Source of the DNA: a bacterium
Lineage (GTDB): Bacteria > SAR324 > JACQKK01
Reading direction: 5' to 3'
Assembly: GCA_965240465.1 (NCBI GenBank)
Contig: OZ251219.1
Location: 928,001 to 992,000 of the forward strand
DNA length: 64,000 nucleotides
Made by a program: the position numbers and the translations under genes. The notes beneath the pieces are model-generated. The model was not told the origin of the DNA. It made no database searches and saw nothing but the letters and a program-made list of their open reading frames with translations. Below, piece after piece: positions 20,773 to 30,884 of the stretch; the stretch's first letter is position 1, and each line of letters begins with the position of its first letter.

Positions 20773-21520
20773 AAGGCTCAAATGCTAGCCGAATATGAGG
20801 CTCAAGGCGTAAGCATTTTTCCAATTGCTCTAGCTTAGCTACAGTATCAATGGCAGCATAAAAAATTCCCTGAGGCTGAAAAGTTTGAACCGTAGCCCCT
20901 CTGGAAACAGCATCTAGTAAAGCCTGAATAAAATCAAATGGCTCACCAGCCGAAGGAAAAAAATCCCGCAGGCGAGGGCGTAACATAGCAATCCCATTAT
21001 AAGCAACCTGATGAGTATCTCCCTTAGGCTCGGTGTAAAGACCTCTCTGCTGGCGACGTGATGAATCCAACCCGCAAAGGCAATCTTTATCATCAATGAG
21101 TAAGTAGGAACTTGAACTCCTCTCCTGCACTAGAAGGGTAGCCAGTGCTTCGCTTTGTTGATGAACATGCTCCAGCTGGCATAAAGAAACATCCGATATG
21201 GTGTCCGCGTTCCAGATCAATAGTGAATCCTCCCGCCAAAAATCAGCCGCATTCATGAGGGCACCACCGCTATCCAGCAAAATATGCTCCCGAAACAAAC
21301 GCACCCGAAACGGCAAACGAGGATCCCTTAGATAATCCTCCAACTGCTCCGCCAAATGATAGGCATTCATCGCCACCTCCTTCACTCCACCACGATGCAA
21401 CAATGCCAGCAATCTGCTCAGCAAAGGAACTCCCAATACGGGCATTAAGGCTTTGGGCGTACTCAGCCCTGGCTCTCCCAGCCGAATACCCTTGCCCGCA
21501 GCCAACAACATGGCCCTCAT
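20765..21520 (-). CDS. Sugar-phosphate nucleotidyltransferase (MurU-like)
   Basis: MRAMLLAAGKGIRL...TPKALMPV, LLDSGGAL, WNAD. Confidence 0.85.
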   Translation of the reverse strand: MRAMLLAAGKGIRLGEPGLSTPKALMPVLGVPLLSRLLALLHRGGVKEVAMNAYHLAEQLEDYLRDPRLPFRVRLFREHILLDSGGALMNAADFWREDSLLIWNADTISDVSLCQLEHVHQQSEALATLLVQERSSSSYLLIDDKDCLCGLDSSRRQQRGLYTEPKGDTHQVAYNGIAMLRPRLRDFFPSAGEPFDFIQALLDAVSRGATVQTFQPQGIFYAAIDTVAKLEQLEKCLRLEPHIRLAFEPYD

Positions 21521-21948
21521 GGATACCCCTCTATTTCCTGCGATGAACCAATCTTTTCTTCTTCCAACTCCCGATGACGCAAACTCACTTCCACTCCCTC
21601 AGACTCCAAAACACGACGCAAACTCTCAGCCAAAAACACCGAGCGATGACGACCTCCAGTACAACCAAAAGAAACTAGCAAATGATCTCTCCCCAACTCA
21701 GCATAAGATGCTACCGTTTGCTTTATCATCAACTCAGCCGCGGCCTGAAATTCCTGCACCGCAACGTGACCACCTAACCACTGCCTAACCTCCAAATCCC
21801 TACCATCTTGGCTCGCCATGCCTGCCTCAAAATGCGGATTCGGCAAACCACGACAATCAAACACAAATCCCCCCCCATGCGGGCTGGAACTAGATGGCAC
21901 TCCGCCACGATGATACGAAAAACTCCACAATTGAACTACTAACGACAT
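21517..21948 (-). CDS. Stand-alone RapZ C-terminal domain protein
   Basis: SFSY...GGGFVFDCRGLPNP, FGCTGGRHRSV, HREL. Confidence 0.88.
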   Translation of the reverse strand: MSLVVQLWSFSYHRGGVPSSSSPHGGGFVFDCRGLPNPHFEAGMASQDGRDLEVRQWLGGHVAVQEFQAAAELMIKQTVASYAELGRDHLLVSFGCTGGRHRSVFLAESLRRVLESEGVEVSLRHRELEEEKIGSSQEIEGYP

Positions 21949-21968
21949 GCTCTAAAATACCTGAAAAA

Positions 21969-24900
21969 TTAAATAAAATGCTCGGCAAATTCATCTATCT
22001 CAGGCATAAGAATTAGGGTTTCTGCCAAAACGGAGATGATCTCTTTTACCCTCCTTATCTCTTCAAAAGAAAGATCACGCCCATTGCGGTAAGTTAAATA
22101 CTTATCCACCACCTTATAACCACCAAGCTGGAAATCCCAAACTTCAGGGGAAACAGGGCTAAAGTAATTATCTTGGTTAATATAAAGCCTTTTATCAGTT
22201 ACTTGGTAGCGAGGTTCTTCAACTTTGTAATTTACTTTATCACTAACCTCAACATTTGGGCTAATGTCTTTAAGCAAATGTAAATCGGCTAATTTATTGC
22301 CTATCTTAACTAGTTTTATAAAATCTTCTTTTTTGTCAGGGAATGGAATACGGGGGAATTCTATCCTTAAAAAATCAACATATTTATCGCGATAGATAGG
22401 GCAATGCAGTACTGCATAAACATAATAAAATAATTCCTCTGGACTAAATTTTGTATGGTATTTATTATCTAGCCACTGGCGGAACTTACCATCAATGTTT
22501 TCTGTTTTTTCATTTTTATCATTGGGTTCTTCATATTTATATAAAGGAAAGAGATAATTATTTTCACCCTTATTAGAAACGGCATAGCGTTCTACAATTT
22601 TATTGGTAATACCTACATGTTGCCATTTATTAGAGTATAGGGATCTATTGACGGTGACAAGTCCTAGATTATCCTTATGAAGCATGTGTGTCATAATTTC
22701 TCCCCGAGGCCTAGATATAAAACCACGACTTTTAGGAGTATAATAAGTATGGCGTTCATCAAAGGGACGATAAAGTATGGGAGAGAACTTGTCATTTTCC
22801 TGACCATGTTTTATAATACTTTTCTGTGCCGATTTTACCCTCCATTCTTCAGTATCAGCTTTTAATTTATATTTATCGCTGGCTTCTTCTGAGGTAAGCG
22901 AGGCAAGATTTTTGACTACTTTTTTTATATCATCACTACTAAATTGCATGGTTAATTTATCTCTACCAGTAGTAATACCAGAGCTATATTTAGGGAATAT
23001 ATCGGTTACCAACCGTAATTTCTTATAATCTGCATATGATTTATAATCAAAGGGAGTAAAAGAATAACGAGGTTCTTGGGGTTTTACTTCCTGCCATTCA
23101 ATTTGCTGATAAGAACTTTCTGCAGTTTGTTTATATTTATCATCCCGACTACCCCAAAGATCAGCATGATAAATTTTCTTCTTTAAGCCTTTTTTCTTGA
23201 TAAAGAAACTTATGGCTACCCCTTCTTTAATCTCAAATACATTTTCATCTTTTTTGCCCTCAGGTATTAATTCCTTCTCCTTTAAGTTTCCATGTAGATC
23301 CAGGATGTAGATCTGATCAAAGCTTTCCATCAAGGAATAACGCATTCCCATAAAAGTAGGAGCATTAAGGAAGCTATGGCTGGTGATAACCCCCACGATC
23401 CCTTTTTCCATCTTTTCCAGCTTATATTCAGCAAAACAAATAAACTTTACATAGTCATTCTGGAGTGACTTGATATTAGGCACTGGGATTCTTCTACTAC
23501 AAATATATTTATATTTTCCTATTTTTTCTGTTATCCAGTCCCCTTTATTCTTGGATTCTACATTATAGGGAGGATTACCCATAATTACCAAAATATCTTG
23601 ATCTTTAATTTCTTTGGCTGTACTGGATTCTTCAGATAGGGCTGGCAATAGATGGTTCATTTGAGGTCTAATAGGTTCTAAGGTATTGGCTAGGTAAATA
23701 GGTAATCTGCCTTTTAGTTCTAGATTTTTATTCTTAATAAATTGTTGTAGCTTCATGTGGGCTACAATGTAGGGAGCGATTAGGAGTTCAAACCCGAAGA
23801 TGTTTTTGCAGATGTGATCATCCAGTAGTTTTTGGGGATTGGCAGATTGGCTTTCAAAAATTTGGCGGATGGTTTCCAGCATGAATGTTCCCGTCCCGCA
23901 GGCAAAGTCTAGAACGGTGACTTCGCTATCTGCCAAGCCATCGCCGCAGCCTAGCTTATCTTTTAGAAGGTCATTTATGCCTCGCACTATGAAGTTAACT
24001 ACTGGTTGGGGGGTATAATAAACACCCAGCTCTTTACGTTTTTTTTGATTATAGGCCTTGATAAAATTTTCATAAAAACAGATAAAGGGGTCATGGTCAA
24101 AGAGTAGTTGATCTTTATGGGGTGCATCAGTGGGTTTTTCTCTTAGGCTTTTTTCAATTTCGGACTGGTTGAGGTTGTTGATGATGGAGAGGGTGGATTC
24201 TACTATCCAGCTCAGGTGCTTAAATGGTTCTTTTTCTAGTTCATCTAAGAAACCGACTAGTTCACCGATTAAAGGAACTGATTTAGGTATGTTTTCTTGG
24301 ATGTTACTAAGGGTAATATCATTATTTTCTTGGTTAAGTCGTGCCATTAACAAGCCATAGCTTAAGGTTTGGGCAAAGACATCAGCGAATTCATCGGATG
24401 TTAATTGATTGGACACTTGTTTTACAAAGGCATCATAAATACCGTAAAGGCGACCTGTTTCATGTTCTGCTAGGTGTTTTTTTAATTCATAATGCAATAG
24501 TCTGCAGGGTTCAGCTAGGGCATCTGCCAGTTCCTTGGCAGTGCCGATCATTTCGGGTTTTTGCCCCAGAAAACCGCTGAGCATGGTTTCCAGCTCAGGC
24601 AGCTGCCGAGTTTTTAGCTTCTTAGAATAATCTTTCAGTTCTTCTGCCGAGTAGCAGGTGATTAGTTCTTCGGACTTGAGCCAGTAAAATTGGTGGTAAT
24701 TGGTAATGAGGACATTTTCATTGATGGAACTGTATTTTTTAATTTGATCGCTTTTAGCGATTTTTAGGCAGTCGGTACCCGGTTTTTTTGTTTCTAGGTA
24801 TCCAGTTACGCGTCCACTATCATCTTTAACGGTAAAATCAGGGATACCTACACCTTCGGCATATTTTTCTTGTTTGATATTAAAATTCTTCCCAGCCAGT

Positions 24901-25028
24901 TCTTTAAGCAAGTTATGCAGGGGGGTACGTCCATCAAACTCAGAGCTGTTATCGCTACCGTCTTGGTAGGCTTTTCTTAGTTCTGTGAAGTAGGTTTTCA
25001 AATGTTGGATTTTGTCAGTATAGGTCAT
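21969..25028 (-). CDS. Single-polypeptide restriction-modification enzyme (Type IIG / ISP-like: nuclease, N6-adenine MTase, TRD; no helicase)
   Basis: GIPDF...YLETK PD-(D/E)xK, GVYYTP, VLDFACGTGTF, GNPPY, YRPFD, EFPRIP; AT-rich. Confidence 0.88.
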   Translation of the reverse strand: MTYTDKIQHLKTYFTELRKAYQDGSDNSSEFDGRTPLHNLLKELAGKNFNIKQEKYAEGVGIPDFTVKDDSGRVTGYLETKKPGTDCLKIAKSDQIKKYSSINENVLITNYHQFYWLKSEELITCYSAEELKDYSKKLKTRQLPELETMLSGFLGQKPEMIGTAKELADALAEPCRLLHYELKKHLAEHETGRLYGIYDAFVKQVSNQLTSDEFADVFAQTLSYGLLMARLNQENNDITLSNIQENIPKSVPLIGELVGFLDELEKEPFKHLSWIVESTLSIINNLNQSEIEKSLREKPTDAPHKDQLLFDHDPFICFYENFIKAYNQKKRKELGVYYTPQPVVNFIVRGINDLLKDKLGCGDGLADSEVTVLDFACGTGTFMLETIRQIFESQSANPQKLLDDHICKNIFGFELLIAPYIVAHMKLQQFIKNKNLELKGRLPIYLANTLEPIRPQMNHLLPALSEESSTAKEIKDQDILVIMGNPPYNVESKNKGDWITEKIGKYKYICSRRIPVPNIKSLQNDYVKFICFAEYKLEKMEKGIVGVITSHSFLNAPTFMGMRYSLMESFDQIYILDLHGNLKEKELIPEGKKDENVFEIKEGVAISFFIKKKGLKKKIYHADLWGSRDDKYKQTAESSYQQIEWQEVKPQEPRYSFTPFDYKSYADYKKLRLVTDIFPKYSSGITTGRDKLTMQFSSDDIKKVVKNLASLTSEEASDKYKLKADTEEWRVKSAQKSIIKHGQENDKFSPILYRPFDERHTYYTPKSRGFISRPRGEIMTHMLHKDNLGLVTVNRSLYSNKWQHVGITNKIVERYAVSNKGENNYLFPLYKYEEPNDKNEKTENIDGKFRQWLDNKYHTKFSPEELFYYVYAVLHCPIYRDKYVDFLRIEFPRIPFPDKKEDFIKLVKIGNKLADLHLLKDISPNVEVSDKVNYKVEEPRYQVTDKRLYINQDNYFSPVSPEVWDFQLGGYKVVDKYLTYRNGRDLSFEEIRRVKEIISVLAETLILMPEIDEFAEHFI

Positions 25029-26341
25029 GTTATTTTTCTTTCAATTTTTGCTCCGATGGCGTTCAGTCTTTGGTCTATGTGTTCGTAGCCGCGGTCAATT
25101 TGGTGTATGTTTTGGATTACCGATTCGCCTTTGGCAGCGAGAGCAGCGATGAGCAATGCCATGCCTGCTCTTATATCTGGGGAGCTCATGAGTGTTCCGC
25201 TGAGGGTGGTGGCCCCTCTGATGAGGACTCGGTGTGGGTCGCAGAGTATTGCTTGTGCGCCCATTCGGATGATGCGGTCTACCCAGAAGAGGCGATTTTC
25301 AAACATTTTTTCAAACACCAGAGTGCTGCCTTGGCATTGAGTGGCTACTACCGCCATGATGCTGGTAAGGTCGGATGGGAAGAGCGGCCAGGGTCCGCTA
25401 TCTATTTTGACGATGCTGTTATCTGGTCTGGCGATCAGTTTTTGCGAGCCGTGGATGAGGAGGTCGCAGGTAGCATAGGTGCTAGGAGGAGTGGTTACCG
25501 CGGGAGGTTTGGGTTCGGTTTCCACTCCGAGTCGGCGGTACATAAGTCGGATCATGGTTAGATGTTCACAGATGGTGTCACAGATGGTGAGTTCACTGCC
25601 AGTGGCGGCGGCAAGTCCAATGAGAGAGCCGATTTCGGTATGGTCGGGTTGGAGGCGGTGTTCGCAGCCTGTGAGGGTATCGGTGCCTTGGATGTGGATG
25701 CGAGTGCTTCCTTGTCCGGTGATATTGGCTCCCATGGAGTTTAGCAGCTGGCATAGTCCTTGGACGTGAGGTTCAGCGGCGGCGTTGTCTATGATGGTTT
25801 CACCGGCGGTGGCGGCGGCGGCCATGAGAGCATTTTCGGTAGCGGTCACCGAGCATTCATCCAAGAAGATGTAGTTAGGCTGGAAGCGTTTAGGTAGCTG
25901 AAAATGTATACCCGGCGATGCTTGTTTGAGTCGAGCACCCAGCTTGATGAGTGCCATGAAGTGGGTTTCGAGCCTCCGCAGGCCGATGCAATCTCCGCCG
26001 GGTGGCGTCAAAACGACTTCCCCCAGCCTTGCCAACAACGGGCTAAGTAGTAGAATGGAACCTCTAATACGGCAGGCTAGTTTGGGTTCGGGTGCATGGG
26101 AATTCAGTACTTTAGCAGAGATACGAACACTGCCGGGCTGAGGATACTCAATGGAGACTCCCAGACTACTCAGTAACCCCAGCATATCTTGGATATCGTG
26201 AATAGCAGGGACATTGTGCAAAGTAACTGTGTCTCTGGTAAGTAGACAGGCAGCTATGGCTGGCAAAGCTTCGTTTTTGTTTCCTGCAGGGCTGATGCGT
26301 CCCTTTATAGGTTGCTGACCCTGTACGATAAATGTTTCCAA
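25025..26341 (-). CDS. murA: UDP-N-acetylglucosamine 1-carboxyvinyltransferase (Asp-type)
   Basis: GNKN, RGSILL, GGDCIGLR, SVTATEN, FENR, DIRAG, IDRGYE. Confidence 0.96.
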   Translation of the reverse strand: METFIVQGQQPIKGRISPAGNKNEALPAIAACLLTRDTVTLHNVPAIHDIQDMLGLLSSLGVSIEYPQPGSVRISAKVLNSHAPEPKLACRIRGSILLLSPLLARLGEVVLTPPGGDCIGLRRLETHFMALIKLGARLKQASPGIHFQLPKRFQPNYIFLDECSVTATENALMAAAATAGETIIDNAAAEPHVQGLCQLLNSMGANITGQGSTRIHIQGTDTLTGCEHRLQPDHTEIGSLIGLAAATGSELTICDTICEHLTMIRLMYRRLGVETEPKPPAVTTPPSTYATCDLLIHGSQKLIARPDNSIVKIDSGPWPLFPSDLTSIMAVVATQCQGSTLVFEKMFENRLFWVDRIIRMGAQAILCDPHRVLIRGATTLSGTLMSSPDIRAGMALLIAALAAKGESVIQNIHQIDRGYEHIDQRLNAIGAKIERKIT

Positions 26342-26443
26342 GGTGAGTTGTCCTTAATTAATCCAACGAGGTTGTTAATCTTAGCTAATTCCAATGATCT
26401 GCTGTGCCATTACTCAGATGCTACGGCAGATATGGTCTAAATT

Positions 26444-26528
26444 CAAATGACATTTCAAATGACATTCCAAATGGCATTCCAAATGGCATTCCAAATGGCA
26501 TTCCAAATGGCATTACTCAAATGACATT
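26444..26528. repeat. 12-bp tandem repeat, about 7 copies, upstream of murA
   Basis: CAAATG(G/A)CATTC units. Confidence 0.9.
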
Positions 26529-26781
26529 GAGTCCCTACTCATTGCTCTTTTGCAACTCGCGATACTAATTATTATTAATTTAATGCCAATAGTTATTTAT
26601 TTTAGTAGATAGTTGTGTTAGTGTGTATGGTAAACCCACTTATGTTCCGTTATGGCGGTACCCTAGTGGTCGTAAAAAAATTAGGTATTAACTATATTAA
26701 GTAGAAGTTATATGCGGGCGTAGGGGGAAACAATTTTTTTATGCTGGTAGTAATGAAATATAAGTCCGGTTTTTTAACAAA

Positions 26782-28554
26782 ATGCTTAAGGTAATAAACA
26801 TGGTTAAAGATAATGATAGGAACCGCCCTCCATTTAATTTTGGAGATTGTTCGCGGGGAACTTTTTGGTTAGGTGCATTGGTGCTGTTTCCGATTCTGCT
26901 AGTACTGGGTCAATGTTCTAGTGGTAATAGCGGTGGATCAGGCTCTGGTGGGGTTACAGCTGCCAGTTTATCCTTTAGTGAAGTAGTGGTGCAATCGCGG
27001 GGAGAAACTCAGAAGGCTGGTTTGGGTACCCCTTTGACCATCTCAGTGGAAATTAAAAATTCTGGAGGTAGATCTGCCATCAATAACAGGTTAGGGTTTT
27101 TTATATCTGTCAATGATACTATTGAAACAACTGATACTAAATTGGGTAATAATATTATAATATCCTCAGTGAAGTCAGGAGATAGTAAGTCTTACAGTCC
27201 AAGCAGCGTTGTAAATGCACAAACTAGTACTGGGGTATCGTACTATGGTGCTTGTCTAATTGAGGCTGATGGTACTGAGATATGTACCGCGGCTGAGAAA
27301 ATCACCGTATTTAATGGGTTGGATATATCTCTGTCAGATTTCACCACTCAATCGTTGGCTTTCACGGCTGAATCTACCAGTTTTGGTATTAGTGATAGTT
27401 TTCAGGTAACTGCCAATATAGACAACAATGGGAATGCTACTCTAGCAGCAGCCACCCCGAATGCTACGGTATCTTTCTACCGTTCTACCGATGGTATCAT
27501 TGATGGTCTGGATGAAACGCGGGACGGTGATGATGTCCTACTAGGAACATTAGATAATAGTGGCGAAATACTCGCTGGCGGGGAAATAGCCACAGTATTA
27601 TCGGGCAATGTGCCTGATGAGGTAGGTACATATTACTACGGTGCTTGTGTGGAGGTTGCGGCTGGAGTAAGTGATGAGGACTCAGATAATAACTGCACCG
27701 AGGGCAAGAAGGTGATTATTATTGATGGTGTTGATATAGAAGCTGTGAACTTTACGGTTACTCCTGAAGCGATTATCAAAGGTGGAGATTTTACCACCCT
27801 TTCTTTGCAGGCTAGGAATAATGGCAATGTTCAATTAACAGCAGATGAGGGGGATAACTTGATAGTGACGTTCTACCGTTCCCCTGATGAAGAAATTACC
27901 AAATATGATATGAAGTTAGATGAAATATCGAGTTTAGAGGCCATCACAGCTAAAACATTGAGCACGTCAATTCTAGCAGCTACAGATTCTATCACTGCTA
28001 CTGACGAGGGTGATTATTACTATGGTGCTTGCATAAGTGTTATTCCTGCAAACATTGATGCAAACACTGAGAATAATTGCATAGGAACGGAAGTAGCAGT
28101 GGTAGATAAGGTGGAATTACAGCTTAGAGAACTCAGGCCTAATGCTGATAACTCTGTTGATGCAAGCCTATTTAATGCTAGTGGAACCATCAATCTAACA
28201 ACGGAAATAGTTCCTCTAAATTTTTCGGTAAGAATTGTAAATGTTGGAAGTAAAGATTTGGCAGAGGTCAGCTTAGGTCATAATCTCAGAGTTATATTCT
28301 ACAGATCCGAAGATAATATTATTAGTGCTGCGGATACTTCAATATCGGTTGAAAGTTTCAGTGATGCCTTAGCTTCCCAGGAAATAACTGTACCAATAAA
28401 GCCTTTAAATATTGCCGCATCCGTATCCGTTCCCGCTAGCGGCACTTATTATTTTGGTGTTTGTGTGGTGGCACTGCCGTTGGTTGAAGAAAAAGATTAT
28501 GACACCACCAATAATTGCACCGCTGCCGATAAAGTGATAACAGTGGCATACTAG
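26782..28554 (+). CDS. Probable surface lipoprotein with about 4 CARDB/Ig-like repeats
   Basis: Hydrophobic signal then Cys (LGQC) and a Gly/Ser tether; repeated N.G..., FYRS.D..I, YY(G/F)xC, NNC motifs. Confidence 0.7.
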   Translation: MLKVINMVKDNDRNRPPFNFGDCSRGTFWLGALVLFPILLVLGQCSSGNSGGSGSGGVTAASLSFSEVVVQSRGETQKAGLGTPLTISVEIKNSGGRSAINNRLGFFISVNDTIETTDTKLGNNIIISSVKSGDSKSYSPSSVVNAQTSTGVSYYGACLIEADGTEICTAAEKITVFNGLDISLSDFTTQSLAFTAESTSFGISDSFQVTANIDNNGNATLAAATPNATVSFYRSTDGIIDGLDETRDGDDVLLGTLDNSGEILAGGEIATVLSGNVPDEVGTYYYGACVEVAAGVSDEDSDNNCTEGKKVIIIDGVDIEAVNFTVTPEAIIKGGDFTTLSLQARNNGNVQLTADEGDNLIVTFYRSPDEEITKYDMKLDEISSLEAITAKTLSTSILAATDSITATDEGDYYYGACISVIPANIDANTENNCIGTEVAVVDKVELQLRELRPNADNSVDASLFNASGTINLTTEIVPLNFSVRIVNVGSKDLAEVSLGHNLRVIFYRSEDNIISAADTSISVESFSDALASQEITVPIKPLNIAASVSVPASGTYYFGVCVVALPLVEEKDYDTTNNCTAADKVITVAY

Positions 28555-28643
28555 ATACCAGCCATTTTGCATCATAGGGATATGATGCATTGTAGGCTAT
28601 GTGCGGTTTTGTCCGTCTAATTTTAGCAGATGATAACAGAGTA

Positions 28644-30596
28644 TTAGGAGGCTTTAAGTTTCCTTTGTTGTTTTTGTTGGGTTTTCAGCCAACCCGCTAA
28701 AAGAGTGATCGCAGCAGGGGTCATGCCAGAGATACGACTAGCCTGACCTAGATCTTCGGGCTGATGATGACTGAGTTTTTGGGCTAGCTCAGTGGAAAGT
28801 CCACTGAGGGAATGATAGGGCATGTGTTGGGGCAGGCTGAGGGAATGCCATTTTTTCAAAGTAGCCGCTTGACTTTGCTGCCTCTTTAGGTAGCCCTGAT
28901 ATTTCAATTGTAATTCTACTTGCTGACAAACAGTAGCAGGAAAACCCCTCAAGTTGATGTCTAGATTTAGGTGGCTTAGGAATTCAGCTAGGTTGGTGAG
29001 ATACATTGTAGGTCGCTTGAGCAATTCTGCAGCCGTGTAGGGAGAGTTGATGGCAGGTTGCCTAAAAAGCTTAAGGGCATCATTAACGGCTGCGGTGGGG
29101 GTGAGGCGTAACTTATGCAAAGAGGAAGAAAGCGACTGAATAGAACGAGACTTTTCTTGCAGCTGGCAATGGTGAACCCGAGGTAACAAGCCGAGCTCAA
29201 TACTACGCTCACTGAGGCGTAAATCAGCATTGTCCTCCCGCAGATGAATGCGATGCTCAGCCCGAGAAGTGAACATGCGATAAGGCTCATCCACCCCCTT
29301 GGTTATCAGGTCATCCACCATAACCCCGATGATGGACTCATCCCGCCTCAGGATAAATAGCTTCTCCCCTTTGGCAAACAAGCTGGCATTGATGCCCGCT
29401 AGTAATCCTTGGGCAGCCGCTTCCTCATAGCCAGTAGTGCCGTTCAGTTGCCCTGCCAAAAACAAGGTCGGGATGCTCTTCACTGCCAGACTGGCACTTA
29501 ACTGGGTCGGCTGGACAAAGTCGTACTCTACCGCATATCCAGGCTGGATAATTTCTACCTCCTCCAGTCCCTTGATGGTACGAAGATATGCCAACTGTAT
29601 CTCCAAAGGCAGGCTGGTAGATAAGCCATTGGGGTAAATCTCATTGCCCTCCAGAGTGGTTGGCTCCAAAAAAACCTGATGCTCCAAGCGACTAGGGAAC
29701 TTAACTACCTTGTCCTCAATAGAGGGACAATAACGAGGACCAATCCCAGTAATCGCACCCGAATACAAAGCCGAACGATGTAGGTTGTCCCTGATGACTC
29801 GGTGAGTCTCCTCATTGGTACGAGTTATATGACAGCAAACCTGAGGCAAAAATGGCGGAGAATCAGCAGAACGCCAAAAACTAAAAGGCTGAATAGGATC
29901 ATCTCCTGCTTGTGACTCCAAAACATCCCAATCAATGCTGCGTTTATCCAAGCGAGGAACCGTACCTGTTTTCAAACGAGCTAGCGATAATCCCAAATCT
30001 GCCAGTTCTTTAGATAATCCATCCGATGGAGCCTCATTTACTCGCCCAGCTGCAGTTTGCTCAGAGCCAATGTGAGTTAACCCTCTCAAGAAAGTACCAG
30101 TAGTTAAAACAATCGCCCGAGCCATTATGGTAGTGCCATCCGCTAACTCAACCCCCCGCACCAAGGGAGCATTTAGGTTCTCATGTATCAGCCTTTTGAC
30201 CTCCGCTTGGCAAACGTACAACCTCTCTTGATGGGCTACTTGGGTTTGCATATGCTCGCGGTACTTCACCATATCGGACTGGCAGCGACTGCCCCACACC
30301 GCTGGACCCTTGGTACGATTCAATACCCGAAATTGAATTCCAGTAGCATCAGCCGTTTTACCCATCTGACCACCCAAGGCATCTATTTCCTTCACGAGTG
30401 CCCCCTTTCCCACTCCTCCAATGGCAGGATTACAGGGCATGTGTCCTATCATATCTGCTCGCATGGTCACCAATAGAGTTTCGCTTCCCAAGCGGGCTGA
30501 TGCCAAAGCTGCTTCCAATCCTGCGTGACCGCCTCCGACTACCAGCACTTGCCAGCATTTATGGTTATTGATAGGGTTGGCAAGATCGGCAGGCAT
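28644..30596 (-). CDS. mnmG: tRNA uridine-5-carboxymethylaminomethyl(34) synthesis enzyme
   Basis: VVGGGHAGLEAA, CNPAIGG, GPRYCPSIEDK, GTTGYEEAAAQG, EPYRMFTSRAE. Confidence 0.97.
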   Translation of the reverse strand: MPADLANPINNHKCWQVLVVGGGHAGLEAALASARLGSETLLVTMRADMIGHMPCNPAIGGVGKGALVKEIDALGGQMGKTADATGIQFRVLNRTKGPAVWGSRCQSDMVKYREHMQTQVAHQERLYVCQAEVKRLIHENLNAPLVRGVELADGTTIMARAIVLTTGTFLRGLTHIGSEQTAAGRVNEAPSDGLSKELADLGLSLARLKTGTVPRLDKRSIDWDVLESQAGDDPIQPFSFWRSADSPPFLPQVCCHITRTNEETHRVIRDNLHRSALYSGAITGIGPRYCPSIEDKVVKFPSRLEHQVFLEPTTLEGNEIYPNGLSTSLPLEIQLAYLRTIKGLEEVEIIQPGYAVEYDFVQPTQLSASLAVKSIPTLFLAGQLNGTTGYEEAAAQGLLAGINASLFAKGEKLFILRRDESIIGVMVDDLITKGVDEPYRMFTSRAEHRIHLREDNADLRLSERSIELGLLPRVHHCQLQEKSRSIQSLSSSLHKLRLTPTAAVNDALKLFRQPAINSPYTAAELLKRPTMYLTNLAEFLSHLNLDINLRGFPATVCQQVELQLKYQGYLKRQQSQAATLKKWHSLSLPQHMPYHSLSGLSTELAQKLSHHQPEDLGQASRISGMTPAAITLLAGWLKTQQKQQRKLKAS

Positions 30597-30604
30597 GTGG
30601 CAAA

Positions 30605-30694
30605 CAGGAGTGAGATGTCAGGAGTGAGATGTCAGGAGTGAGATGGCAGGAGTGAGATGGCAGGAGTGAGATGTCAGGAGTGAGATGGCAGGAG
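30605..30694. repeat. 14-bp tandem repeat x6 in the mnmG/ECF divergent region
   Basis: CAGGAGTGAGATG(T/G) units. Confidence 0.93.
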
Positions 30695-30884
30695 GTAGGG
30701 CGCGAGGTGTCGGTATAGGTTTGGTGAGGGGTGTCGGTATAGGTGGTGGTGGGGTGTCTAGTGTATAAGTGGGTGCGGTAGGTTTTTGAGCTTCAGCAAT
30801 GGAGGCAAGTGACAAGTGGCAAGTGAGTTTTTTGATAAATATGGTTTTTTGATGAATTAAGTACGCTCATTAAAAATATCATTC

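Noticed and set aside
30618-30815. 65-aa ORF upstream of mnmG
   Set aside because: Composed of repeat and skewed low-complexity sequence
30600-30884. Cobalamin or TPP riboswitch ahead of the ECF genes
   Set aside because: No B12-box or TPP consensus recognisable; the region is repeat and low complexity
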